NCBI RefSeq assembly: GCF_016432865.1
Contig: NC_067401.1
Span: forward strand, 297,352,001 to 297,416,000
DNA: 64,000 nt
Reading direction: 5' to 3'
Origin: Antechinus flavipes
Taxonomy: Eukaryota
Part shown: positions 12,214 through 24,900 of the stretch, piece by piece
How the letters are laid out: each line of letters starts with the position of its first letter
Numbering within the stretch: position 1 is the stretch's first letter
Position numbers and translations under genes: made by a program
Notes under the pieces: model-generated
What the model was told of the DNA's origin: nothing
The model's database searches: none
Seen by the model: only the letters and a program-made list of their open reading frames with translations

Positions 12214-14636
12214 TTGACTATATCAATAACCAAACAAACAAAAACCATATGATCATCTCAATAGATGCAGAAAAAGCATTTGATAAAATCCAACATCCAT
12301 TCCTAATAAAAACACTTGAGAGTATAGGAATAAATGGACTTTTCCTTAAAATAGTCAGGAGCATATATTTAAAACCATCAGTAAGCATCATATGCAATGG
12401 GGAAAAACTGGAACCTTTCCCAGTAAGATCTGGAGTGAAGCAAGGTTGCCCACTATCACCATTATTATTTAATATCATATTAGAAACACTAGCCTCTGCA
12501 ATAAGAGTCGAGAAAGACATTAAAGGAATTAGAGTAGGCAATGAGGAAACCAAACTATCACTCTTTGCAGATGATATGATGGTATACCTAGAGAACCCCA
12601 GAGATTCTACTAAAAAGCTATTAGAAATAATTCATAATTTTAGCAAAGTAGCTGGATATAAAATAAATCCCCATAAATCCTCAGCATTTTTATACATCAC
12701 CAACAAAACCCAACAAGAGATACAAAGAGAAATTCCATTCAGAATAACTGTTGATAGCATAAAATATTTGGGAATCTATCTACCAAAGGAAAGTCAGGAA
12801 TTATATGAGCAAAATTACAAAAAAGTCTCCACACAAATAAGGTCAGACTTAAATAATTGGAAAAATATTAAGTGCTCTTGGACAGGCCGAGCGAATATAA
12901 TAAAGATGACAATACTCCCTAAACTAATCTATTTATTTAGTGCTATCCCAATCAGACTTCCAAGAAAATATTTTAATGATCTAGAAAAAATAACAACAAA
13001 ATTCATATGGAACAATAAAAAGTCGAGAATCTCAAGGGAATTAATGAAAAAAAAAATCAAATGAAGGTGGCCTAGCTGTACCTGATCTAAAATTATATTA
13101 TAAAGCAGCAGTCACCAAAACCATTTGGTATTGGCTAAGAAATAGATTAGTGGATCAGTGGAAAAGGTTAGATTCACAAGACAGAATAGTCAACTATAGC
13201 AATCTAGTGTTTGACAAACCCAAAGATTCTAAATTTTGGGATAAGATTTCATTATTTGATAAAAACTGCTGGGATAACTGGAAATTAGTATGGCAGAAAT
13301 TAGGCATGGACCCACACTTAACATCATATACCAAGATAAGATCAAAACGGGTCCATGACCTAGGATAAAGAACGAGATTATAAATAAATTAGAGGAACAT
13401 AGGATAGTTTATCTCTCAGACTTGTGGAGGAGAAAGAAATTTGTGACCAAAGATGAACTAGAGACCATTACTGATCACAAAAGAGAAAATTTTGATTACA
13501 TCAAATTAAAAAGCCTTTGTACAACAGAACTAATGCAAACAAGATTAGAAAGGAAGCAACAAACTGGGAAAACATCTTCACAGTTAAAGATTCTGATAAA
13601 GGTCTCATTTCCAAAATATATAGAGAACTGACTCAAATTTATAAGAAATCAAGCCATTCTCCAATTGATAAATGGTCAATTTTTTCAGATGATGAAATTG
13701 AAACTATTACCACTCATATGAAAGAGTGTTCCAAATCATTATTGATCAGAGAAATGCAAATTAAGACAACTCTGAGATACCACTACACACCTGTCAGATT
13801 GGCTAAGACGACAGGAAAAAATAATGATGAATGTTGGAGGGGATGCGGGAAAACTGGGACACTGATGCATTGTTGGTGGAGTGGTGAACGAATTCAACCA
13901 TTCTGGAGAGGAATCTGGAATTATGCTCAATAAGTTATCAAACTGTACATACCCTTTGATCCAGCAGTGTTTCTATTGGGCTTATATCCCAAAGAAATAC
14001 TAAAGAAGGGAAAGGGACCTGTATGTGCCAAAATGTTTGTAGCAGCCCTGTTTGTAGTGGCTAGAAACTGGAAACTGAATGGATGCCCATCAATTGGAGA
14101 ATGGTTGGATAAATTGTGGTATATGAATGTTATGGATATTATTGTTCTGTAAGAAATGACCAGCAGGATGAATACAGAGAGGCTTGGCGAGACTTACATG
14201 AACTGATGCTAAGTGAAATGAGCAGAACCAGGAGTATTCTGATGGAAGTGTATTTCTTTGACAAAGAGACCTAACTGAGTTTCAACTGATAAATGATGGA
14301 CAGAAGCAGCTACACCCAAAGAAAGAACACTGGGAAACGAATGCGAACTATCTGTATCTTTGTTTTTCTTCCCGGGTTATTTTTACCTTCTGAATCCAAT
14401 TCTCCCTGTGCAATAAGAGAACTGTTCAGTTCTGCAAACATATATTGTATCTAGGTTATACTGCAACATATCTAACATATATATCTATGTGTTTCTTACT
14501 AGGTGAGAAGGGGAGGAGGTGGAGGGAGGGAGAGGAAAAATTGGAACAGAAACGAGTGCAAGGGATAATGTAAAAAAATTACCCTGGCATGGATTCTGTC
14601 AATATAGTTATTATTAAATAAAATAAAATAAAATAT
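12214..14636 (+). mobile_element. Young 5'-truncated L1 (RT domain to tail)
   Basis: 271-aa open RT segment 12249-13064 ([34 protein letters not shown]), then frameshifted ORF2 pieces. Probable TSD TAAAAAAAT(T/G)GGA at 12201-12213 and 14637-14649. Confidence 0.96.
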
Positions 14637-14832
14637 TAAAAAAATGGGACACTCACATCCTCTACCATTCTTATACAAGACAAATTTTTAAGTATCTTGG
14701 GATATAGCTCATCTGTGTCTGCTGACTTGAATTAAGTTAAATACTTTCTTATTACCACTATTCTTTTCTATCAACTCCCTATTAACCATTTTTCTTCTTT
14801 CCTTTTTAGTCCAAAAATCATTCTCCTTGACA

Positions 14833-14863
<31 letters not shown>

Positions 14864-15126
14864 CAAAACCCACAAAAACAAAAGCAAAATAAGAATTGAG
14901 AAACTCAGCCTTTCTCTGTAGGGATTTATCGCTGTTCTATTCATATTTATCAACAGTCCTATCCTCTCCTGGATCTTTTTTTTCACTTAATATAAAACAA
15001 ATCATTTGTGACATAGTAGAATTGAACATGTTTGACTCCTAGCGGAGGGGATTGGGGGGAGGAGGGAGGGAAAGAGGGAGAAAAAAAATTTTGGAACACA
15101 AGGTTTTGCAAGAATGAATGTTGAAA

Positions 15127-15293
15127 TATATAGGACTGCTTGCCATCTTGGGGGGGGGGGGGAGGAGGAAGGGAGGGGAAAAAACGAAACATAAGTGATT
15201 GCAAGGGATAATGTCGTGTAAAAATTATCCTGGCATGGATTCTGTCAATACAAAGTTATTACTAAATAAAATAAAATTAAAAAAAAAAAAAAA
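15127..15293 (+). mobile_element. Young L1 3' end nested in an older L1 3' UTR (about 15000-15350)
   Basis: Perfect 17-bp TSD AAGAATGAATGTTGAAA at 15110-15126 and 15294-15310. Confidence 0.9.
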
Positions 15294-15978
15294 AAGAATG
15301 AATGTTGAAAACTAACTATGCATATGTTTTAAAAATAAAAAGATTAAAAAAAAAAAAAACCTTGCCTCTTCTTCCTTATTGGATTGGTTTCTCTTGTTTT
15401 CTATATTTTACTCTTATGAGTTCTATATCCCTCCTGCTCTAACTTTCTCTAAAGAATTATTCCATAAGGTTCTACCTACCAGAGTTCTGAACTTTCTGAG
15501 ATCTCCTAAATTCTAGGGCACATGGCAGACTAGTCCTGGTTTTCTTTTCCTTTGAAATCACCAACCCTAAAGATGAACAGTCGCTTAAGAATTAGAAACA
15601 GAATCAAATTTCCATTAGTTGAAGGATAACAGCATTACAGAGAGTCAAGAATCACCAACTTCTCTGCTTTTGGCAGGAAGATACAATAGATGTCCAGATA
15701 AGTGAAGTCCTCCATCAATACTAATATGTCCATGTCAGACTTAGTAATCTGTCTTTCTATTATCCTTCCCTCAATTACTTTTTCCACTTTCTGTCCAGGT
15801 GGGGTTATAGTATATTCCATCAATTTCTGGAGTTTACATGAAGAAAAATGCTTCCTTAAGATAAAATATTCTAAAGATGTGCTTTTAAAAGTTCAACAGA
15901 ATTTAAAAATGAATTTTATTAATATTCCTGGTCTTGCTTTGGTATAGTACTATACTACACAGTATAGTACTATATTAT

Positions 15979-16120
15979 NNNNNNNNNNNNNNNNNNNNNN
16001 NNNNNNNNNNNNNNNNNNNNNNNNNNNNNNNNNNNNNNNNNNNNNNNNNNNNNNNNNNNNNNNNNNNNNNNNNNNNNNNNNNNNNNNNNNNNNNNNNNNN
16101 NNNNNNNNNNNNNNNNNNNN
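15979..16120. other. Assembly gap (142 N)
   Basis: Run of N. Confidence 1.
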
Positions 16121-17994
16121 ATATGTCCTATGTGGTTATAACTTTAATGCTCAGAAAATAACTTAATTTTCCTGAAGTATTTCCTTAAGTTATGTACCTA
16201 ACATAATTTGCAGGTGTATATTCCATGTGTTGCTAGCAAAGTGACCCTAGAAAAGTCATTCAATCTTTGCCTCAGTCAATTTCTTGAGACTTAGCAAAAA
16301 AAAAAAAAAAAAAAAAAAAATCAAAAGAATTACAGTTGCTCCAGTGGGGTGAGGGTGGGGGGGATTACCCAAGCAAAGGAAATTCACACAATTTTCAAGT
16401 AACCTTTATTTTGAAACCCAAGTAAACTGCTTCCAGACAAGTCAGTCACTAGAATGGTACAATCAGGCTTCAGGTGGGGGGTAGGGAGGGGAGAGAAAAA
16501 CAATTGCAAATCTCTGCCCCCATCCACATACTTAAAAAAAAAAAAAATCAAAACTAAAGCAATTATTTAAAGTGATCATTTTAAATTCTAAATACTATTT
16601 TGAAATGAAGAAAAGGATATATCCCAAGATTTAGGAACATCTACATGTGATTTAGTACCTCTTTCACTAAATTCTAAAAAATTTTCTTAATGCTTTTATT
16701 TCTTACCTTGAATGTGTACTACTATTGATCCCCACAGCCTATTCAGTGGCATTAAATTTTTTTCTTTGTCCCTATCTATCCTACCTCTCCCAACTATTCC
16801 TTTCAAATTGCAAGTTTTCTAGGTACTTTCCACCTTTTGGTAAAACCCAATCCAAACCCAAAACCATTTTAAAAGAGAAAACTTAAAATTTTTTTAAAAG
16901 CTAGTTAAAAAAAAATTTTTTTTAATGAAACCTGTCCATATTGTTTTCTGATTTTGCAATTTCAAAAAGATAAAATGTACATGTGTGTATCTGTGTTTGT
17001 GTTTTTTACTTTATTTGCTAAAGACACAATAAAATTTACATAATAATTCACTATCTGAAATTTATATTAAAAGGCTCAACTCAAATGGTCTAAGTATTCC
17101 ATGAAATAAACTTTCCTAATCTTCTCTCTAATCCCTAAATGAAGGTTTTGTCTTCTTTTTCTTTGCCTTTATCACAATTTAGTATATCATACGTGTGTGT
17201 GTATAAATATATATTTTATAACCACCACCATGAGGCTGCAAATCCCCTGTGAGCAGGAACTATATTATCTTTGTATCTCTATAATCTAGTAGATTGTGTA
17301 TTTTGTATGTATAGTCAAAACTAAGTGCTGTACTGAATTTCATAAGCTAATTAATTTGAAAAAACAAAACAAAACAAACAAACCAAAAAACCCCACTTTA
17401 TGTCATAAACGACAGGAGGGAGGAGAGAGAATCATGAGCATGGAACACTGCATATACTGTCATATTTTTTGAGGTACTGATCAAATCTAACAATTTTCTT
17501 TTTTCTCTTTTTTTTTAAAAAATGTTATAGGGGATGGCTTTTGGGAAAAGAAACATGGAAATTAAGGCAATATAAAAACAAAGATATAAATAAAAATTTA
17601 ATTTAAAAAAAGGGTCTTATGTCTTATATTATAAGTTAGCCATGGAAGAAAGAAAAGCATTTAAAAGTAACATTATGAGGAACAGATCTACAACCTAAAT
17701 TATTTTATTATTAGGTAATAAACAAAAGATATTTTCTACTTGCAAATATATATGTGCTTCATCTAATAAGAATTTACAAGTAGAAAATACCTATATATAT
17801 ATATATATTTTAAACAAAGGATATTTCAAGAAAGCTATACAGTTGGCTAAAGGGGATAAGGGAGTAGAAGGCAGCAAGACTAAAAGGTAACAGTATTAAC
17901 AATGTATAACTTAATTGCTTTTAAAACTTCAAATTAGTTTTCTAAAAGATTAAATAAACATTTAAAAAAACTTCTGAAAAGTTGCTACAACTTA

Positions 17995-18025
17995 CATGCA
18001 GTAACATAACAAGCAAAATCATGCA
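17995..18025 (-). promoter_or_regulatory. Pair of RBFOX TGCATG splicing motifs downstream of the microexon
   Basis: CATGCA on + at 17995-18000 and 18020-18025, i.e. TGCATG twice on the GOPC transcript, about 510-535 nt 3' of the microexon donor. Function is inferred. Confidence 0.55.
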
Positions 18026-18530
18026 TATTCTTGACATCAAAATTACATTCCAGAGAAATTTCAATAATATTACACTGATGGAAAGAAAATTCACGAAAAT
18101 GTCCTCACTTTTAAATAATCTCTTAACCAGAATCTCAAAAAGAACTTTGTTTCTAAAGAACTTATCACATTTTTAATTGCCTTATAATAATTTGTGTTCA
18201 AACCTTTCCTACCTCTCCATCAAGGGCAAAAACCTGCCACAACATGAGAAAATAGGCAGCTCTTTAAGAAGAAAAGCAAACTACTGGTAGCTCTCAGTGA
18301 ATCACAAATAGTGATTCTGCTGAGGGTAACCATAATCAGAAAAGAGCTAGCAGGAAATATAATAGAAAGGACTATGGGATTGCCCACTAACTTCAAAAAT
18401 TTTTCACACAGAAACATCAGTAAATTTTTAAAATACAAAGTACATTAATTTAGCATAATCACGCATACACATACATACACACACACTACAGAACATATAC
18501 TACTAATAAGATGGGGAAATGTATACTTAC

Positions 18531-18554
18531 CAGTTCTTCCACAGAGGGGACAGA
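18531..18554 (-). CDS. GOPC: GOPC 24-nt alternative microexon (SVPSVEEL; neuronal nPIST-type insert)
   Basis: cttcttgtatcttaag|TCTGTCCCCTCTGTGGAAGAACTG|gtaagt; frame-preserving; branch-point-like CTAAT at 18588-18584. Matches the 8-aa insert (human SGPSVEEL, from recall) of the long GOPC isoform. Confidence 0.93.
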
Positions 18555-20820
18555 CTTAAGATACAAGAAGAAAGTTTTTTTTAATTAGAAACACAAGTGA
18601 ATAAACACATGAATTTAGTGGTAAAAATCATGGTTGTAAAGTATAAACTTCTACAACAAACAGAACTATAAAAATTTACTCATAAGTTCATAATAACAAT
18701 TTAATCCAGTTACAACAGCTGTTTTTGAATTCCCTTCCTCAACCTCCCACCCCTAAAAAAAAAATCAAATACAGAATGATAGATTATGTTTCCTAGAGCG
18801 TTCTAACACAAGGACAGAGTAAAAGAAACACATAAGTGTAATATACAAACTACAGAGAAATTCAGACATGGCTAACAAATAATTGAAGTTATTGTTTTCA
18901 AATGTTTTCTATCTTGGGTCTGCTTACTGTCAAGAATATTCACTGAATCTGTTATATGTAGAACACTCTTCCTAACTTTCACTGAATCGGGTAGGCTATG
19001 AAACTGGCTCTCCCAATTCTCATTATCCAAGGAAACTGCTTTAGGCAACTTCTTCAGACTTACAGAATGCCAGAATGAAAACTATATTATCCAACCCTAC
19101 TATTTTTAGAGATGAGAAAATTGAGGTGAAGCAATCTGCCCAAGTCAGAGAGTTATTAAGTAGCAGAGTGAAAAGAGTTGACCCTCCACCTGATGATTCT
19201 GTACACACCTAGACTTCGTTCAACTACACTGTTTATTACAAATAAATTCCAATAAAATGAATACATTAGATTTTACCCATATAGGCAGTGTAGTACTATA
19301 GAAAAAGCAAAGGTATTGAACTTAGAGTTTTTATCAGCTCTAATACTATTTAGGTATAATTACCAGCAAGTCCCTTGACTTGCTCATGCTCAGGATTTCA
19401 TGCTCAGCATTTGTAAAATGAAGAAGATAAACAAAATGATCTCTATGGTCCATTCTAGCTCTAATATTTCTGTTTCTGATTGTAATACAATTTGTCCTTC
19501 AGTAAATGTTTTTTAAAACTACTTATCTCAAGGATTTTTTTTCATATTTAGAAATCTGTTGCAAAAATTATTGTATAAAGTACTTTGAGATTTTAAGATA
19601 AAACAAATTATATCATTATAATCCTATTATAAAGAATTCTGTATACTCATTTAGTTATCTTATAATAAAAAAATAAACCAAAGTGTGTGTTAAAAAAATT
19701 AAAAACCAAACATTTTAAAAGGAAAACTAAATTAGTTCAAATTCAAGAAGGAGAAAAGAACTTCAGTAATTATTTCAACTGTTTTTCTGTCATACTCAAT
19801 CTGCAGATAAACCTAAATGTTTTATTCACTTCACTCATTCATTCGAAATCTATTTACATAGTTCTTCCTGTGAGCAAAAGATCATGTAACATCTCTCTAA
19901 AATAGTCAGATTTGAAAAGGGCAACTTATAGAGTTAATCTCTGGCTAGGAATTCCACAATTTAGACTTTGTGACATTTGGGGAAAGCCATAGAAGTGACA
20001 CAATGCTCTCAGATCTAATGAGTTTAGTGGTCTAAAGAGAAAAGCTTCACACTTCAGTTTGGTAAAATGGGAAAAAGAACCTAACAAAAGATCTAAATTG
20101 TAGTTTTAACTTGATTGCTAATTGTGACTATGGACTATTTAAATAAACCTCTCTGGGCTTCAGTTTATCAATAAAATAAAGAGCAAAAAAGCAATGTGAG
20201 AAACTACAGGTTTGGATTCAGAAGATCTGGGGTTAAGTACCTCTTCAGACTCTTTACTAGTTATGTGACTGTGGCCAATGTTTTTTAACACATGTAATTC
20301 TTTGTAAGCTTTAAAGCGCTATATAAATTTCAGTCATTTTTTTCTGGGTCTCAGTTTCTTCTTCAATAAAATGTACTTTTTAAGTCATAGAATTTTTGTG
20401 AATAAAACACTACAAAGTATCCATGTAGTATCCAAGTATTCAAGAGTAACTTCAAAGTCGTTTACTTCAAAAATTCTCTAATTCTGCCAACTTAATAAAG
20501 TCCTATTAAGAGGTGAAAAAAAAGAAACAAAGGAGAAGAGGTTAAAAGAAACTCACTACTAAAACATGGGCAGGAACTTAAAAATTCAAAAGCAAACAGA
20601 GACTATGTAATTCTCTGTTGTTCTTCAAAACTTTATATCCAAACTTCTTATCCTTATCAATAAGTTCAGGAAATCATGGACTAGAATTTGAGTAAAAATC
20701 AATACTCACAAAAAAATTATCTTGTCATATAGATATGTAAATAAATCTTTACATAGTTTTCATTTTTAAAAAGGGCCTTCTACTATGATCCAAAACAAAG
20801 AATTTTTTTCAGCAACTTAC

Positions 20821-20985
20821 CAGTTTTGCTTTAATGGTACCAGAATCAACACTCTGTCCGGTTTTGGCATGTAGCTGAAGTTGAACGGAGTGCAGTTGTA
20901 AAAGCTGATCGTGAACTTCTTTTTCTAATACTACTTTTTCAGCCTGGGTCTCTGTTAGTTCAGATTTCAGATCCACCAATTGTGC
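20821..20985 (-). CDS. GOPC: GOPC coding exon 2 (165 nt)
   Basis: ttttaaag|GCA...CTG|gtaagt; [55 protein letters not shown], in frame with exon 1. Confidence 0.98.
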
Positions 20986-21253
20986 CTTTAAAAAGACAAC
21001 AAGAAAACATTTACCATTCTAATAAAGTGTACTTTTGAGTGTCTGAATGATACTTTTCATTGTGACACTGCAATCATTTTTTTGTACTACCTAAATAACT
21101 ATACTAGTAAAGAATAAAATGGAATGAGTCAATCTTTCAAGGCAATCATATAAGGATACTATCTCCATTTCAAATTACACTTAAGATAACAGAAGAGAAG
21201 GGAGAAGCTACTGAGAAAATATAGGACATTTCTTAGTTCAAACATGTTCTTTC

Positions 21254-21460
21254 TTTCTTTTTTATAATTATAACTTTTTATTGACAGTACCCATGCCTGG
21301 GTAATTTTTTACAATATTATCCCTTGCACTCACTTCTGTTTTGACTTTTCCCCTGCCTCCCTCTCTCCACCTCACCCCCCCAAGATGGCAAGCAGTCCTA
21401 TACATGTTAAATATATCACAATATATCCTAGATACAATATATGTGTGTAGAACTGAACAG
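21254..21460 (-). mobile_element. Young L1 3' end
   Basis: Reverse-oriented 3' UTR; TSD CAAACAT(G/T)TTCTTTC at 21239-21253 and 21461-21475. Confidence 0.85.
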
Positions 21461-21970
21461 CAAACATTTTCTTTCAATCATTTATAAACAATATTGTCTT
21501 ATCACCCACTAACATAATCTTTGGTGGCTCTAACCAACAATATTTAAATGATATTTTAATTTTTCCCAATTACATGTAAAGATCATTTTTAACATTCATT
21601 TTTTAAAATCTTGAGAGCTGTTCAAATCTGGCCTCAGCCACAAAACACTGTCTAGCTGTGTGACCCTGAGCAAGTCACTTAACCCCAATTGCCTGGGGGG
21701 GAAGAATGAGGGGGAGGAGGGGAATCTTGAGATCTAAATGTTCTCTTTCCTTCTTTCACCTCCTTTCTCCTTAAGATGATAGCAATTTGATCCTGGTTAC
21801 ATATGTGCAATCACATAAAATAAATTTCTACAATTGTCGTTAGCCCACAATATTTTATGATACATAATTAATCAATATGTATATACTCTGTGCCAGTAGA
21901 TTCTGGATATACAAATACAGAAATGACAATGTGTCCCTGCTAAAAGGTTGCATTCTACTGAGGAAAACAA

Positions 21971-23590
21971 GAGTGGAGCCCTACCCTCAGCCCTCTGCAG
22001 CTTCAGGGACTATGCCTAGGCCTTCAGATATTATCTTAAGATAAAAAAATTAGGAATCTTGAGAATCACCAATGACCTTAAAGTCGACTCTGATCTTAGT
22101 TCACATCTTGACATTTTGGGGAGCTGCTTAGGGGAGGATATCAGACCCTAGCATTTCTTCCTGGCCCTGAGTCCTGTGCCCTGACTCTTTAGCATTTGGG
22201 ACCTAAAGAAACCAGAGCCTTTTACTTAGGCCCCTCTCAGAGTTCTTCCCTTGCCTCTGGAGGAAGAAGTGAGAACCTGGGGAGTTTTATCTGCTCCTGG
22301 ATCCTAGCCTTCAGTATTCCCTCCCTACAACCTTCCCTAGAGAAAGGAAACAAGGGTCTAAAGAACTCTACCTAATCCTAGGCCTTGGTATTTCTGCTAT
22401 CCATGCTCCTCCACATAAGTACAGAGTCTGGCCCCTAAGACTCCTCTTTGAGCTCCCCATCTGCTACCAGGGGAAGGTAACAAATGCCTGGAAGCTAATG
22501 CTTTTACCTGCAACTTGGTCCCTGGCCATTTGTCTTTCAGGTCTGCTGGAACTCTCTAGACTCTCCTCTAGCTCAGGAGGAAATCTGACTTTCCTTTCCT
22601 AGGAGTTTTACCCGCACTTTAATCTTGGGCTTGCTAAAGAATTCCAGCCCTCTCATTTCCTGTGCCTCCACCATCAAGTGACAGTGAATGACCAGGTGGA
22701 TTAAAGGGCCTTGTTCTTCAAAACTGCAGTCACCCACCTAACCCTGAGAAACCACAGGCTCTTCCCTTCCTGCAAAAGGCAAGGGGAAGGACAGCTGTCA
22801 CCTTTTCCAGATCTCCAGTTGACGGATAGGAATCTTAAAGAAAGCAGTGATGTCCAGAAAGACTGCCGAGTTGTTAGTATACTTCTCTTTTCAAACATGT
22901 GGATTTGAAACTGGGCTATCGGGCTGGTGGAGAGATTCCAGTACTCTGACTAGGAAACGGAAGTAGAAGCCCAAGGACTTGAAAGCTGCATAGAAGCAGA
23001 AGAGGTACCTTTCTCAGTACCAAACCTGATCATGGCCAGGAGGAAAATGTTCTGATGTTTTTCTGCAGTTTTTCAGAAGAGATCCCATAAAGTCTCATGT
23101 CAAATATGCAGAATCCAACATGACAAGGAACAGGGTCACAGACTCAGCACTTCAGGATTAGTTTCTCAGTTTCCATCCTGCTCTCTCTCCCATAACATTC
23201 ATGTCATCAAAGATTCATAAGTCAGGCAGAATTTGGCCCAACCCGGAAATAGATTAGCTACTATTTGTATAAAGCCATTTGGGCTTGCCTGCATCTCATA
23301 TCGAAGGGTTTGGCTCCTGGGGGAAGGAGCACAAGAGTAGAGATTCTATTGGAAAAGGTTATGTGAGACTTTCCTTAGGTTTTCAACCAAGGAAAAGAAG
23401 AGAACAAGAACCTGGGGACTCACCCCTTCTCCTTAATCCTGACCATGGTCTGTGCTCTCTGGCCCTTTTGACAAAGGAAGATGGGAATAGGGGAAAAGAT
23501 TTTTCACTGTGCCTGAACTAGGGGGCAATTTCTTAACTTCCTGTTTCAGCTCTATCTCAAGTGTTCCTTCCCTGGATGCCAAGGATATAA
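21971..23590 (-). other. Unidentified GC-rich gene-like block with splice signals (possible pseudogene fragment)
   Basis: Composition differs from the flanks. Minus strand gaccATGG at 23446, donor GTGAGT at 23423, acceptor ccttcccccAG ending at 23317, C-ending codon stretch 23013-22801. No protein recognised. Confidence 0.4.
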
Positions 23591-24145
23591 TTTTCTGAGT
23601 GTAAATAACAGTGAGGTAGAGAATGGCAGGCTGTGTTAAATAGAAGAGTAAGTTAATTCAGTAAAAAGATTGCCATGAAGAAGGAACAGTACTTCTTAAC
23701 AATGAAGATAAAATTAGATAACTTAAAGGGAACATGGCATGGTAAATAGAGTGCTAGAGTTAAATACAGGAAAACCTATGTTTTCCTCAAATATATTCTG
23801 GCTATGTGACCTTAGACATGTCACTTCTTCATTTATAAAATGGGGATAACGATAGCATTTACTTCACAGTTTTTATTCTAAGGCTCAAATGCGACAACAA
23901 ATGAAATGCATTTTGAAAACTTTAAAATGTCATAGAAATATTAATTGTTATTAGAGGCAGCTGGGGAGAAGAGAAAGCATACAGAACAGATAGTATTAGA
24001 CTCTGAATCCTATCTCAGACACTTACTGGCTTTATTAGCCTAACCATTTAATCTCTGTGTGCCTCAGTTTCCTCATGTACAAAACAAGGGAGTTGGATTC
24101 AAAGGCCTCAGAGATTCCTTTCAACTATAGATCTGTGATTCTGAC

Positions 24146-24159
24146 ACACACAAACACGT

Positions 24160-24198
<39 letters not shown>

Positions 24199-24199
24199 T
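24146..24199. repeat. (CA)n microsatellite, interrupted
   Basis: Direct reading. Confidence 0.9.
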
Positions 24200-24519
24200 A
24201 AAGATATGATATATAAAAATAAATGTAAAGCAGATAATTTAGAAAGGGCAACAGCACTTGGTAGAAAAGGGAAATACCAAAAGGCTTTATATAAATGATG
24301 ATGCCTGAACTGCAGCTTGAAGGAAGAGAGGAATTACAAACATGGAAGGATAGTTCTATGTTTAATGGAAAAAGGGAAGTGTGCAAGAAGAGAAGGTTTT
24401 GGGAAGAAAATAATAGGACATGTTGAATTTGAGATTTCTCTGGGATATATAGTTTGAAATGTCCAATGAAAAGGTATAGGGAATAAGCACTGAAGGTAAT
24501 AATCATAATCACAGTGTGT

Positions 24520-24900
24520 ATAGTATGGTCAAGGAGGAGCAGTACTTCTGGTGGGACTTTTGGAGCCCTTTTCAGGGCTGTTTTCTGCGTTTGGTGTCTA
24601 CCTTGCACTCAACTCTCACCTGTGACTCCAAGAACCTGTAGTATGCCCAATGGCCACACCCCAATAAAAGAGTCTCAAGCAGATGGGCTAACCCAGTTTA
24701 AGAGTAACTGACAGGTCTGAAACCCACTGGTGAGGTAAAGGGATATCTCCTCCATGTGTATGAAAACTTCCCCAGTGGAATAGATCAATGAGAAAAATTT
24801 GTTCCATCTTCCATGAAGGCAGCTGGAAAATTTAGAGCTTGGTCAAATATCAAAGATATCAAGTCAGCTACTGCATCCTGGACTTTAAATGATTAGAAGA
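24520..24900. mobile_element. RTE-related marsupial SINE (WALLSI/RTESINE-like)
   Basis: Resembles marsupial RTE-mobilised SINE sequence from recall; adjoins Mar1-like sequence running to about 25250. Confidence 0.45.

Noticed and set aside
10751-14152. ORFs of 61-271 aa as host genes
   Set aside because: All are fragments of L1 ORF2 or 3' UTR, or their antisense frames.
15934-16161. 75-aa ORF containing X residues
   Set aside because: Artefact of translating across the N gap.
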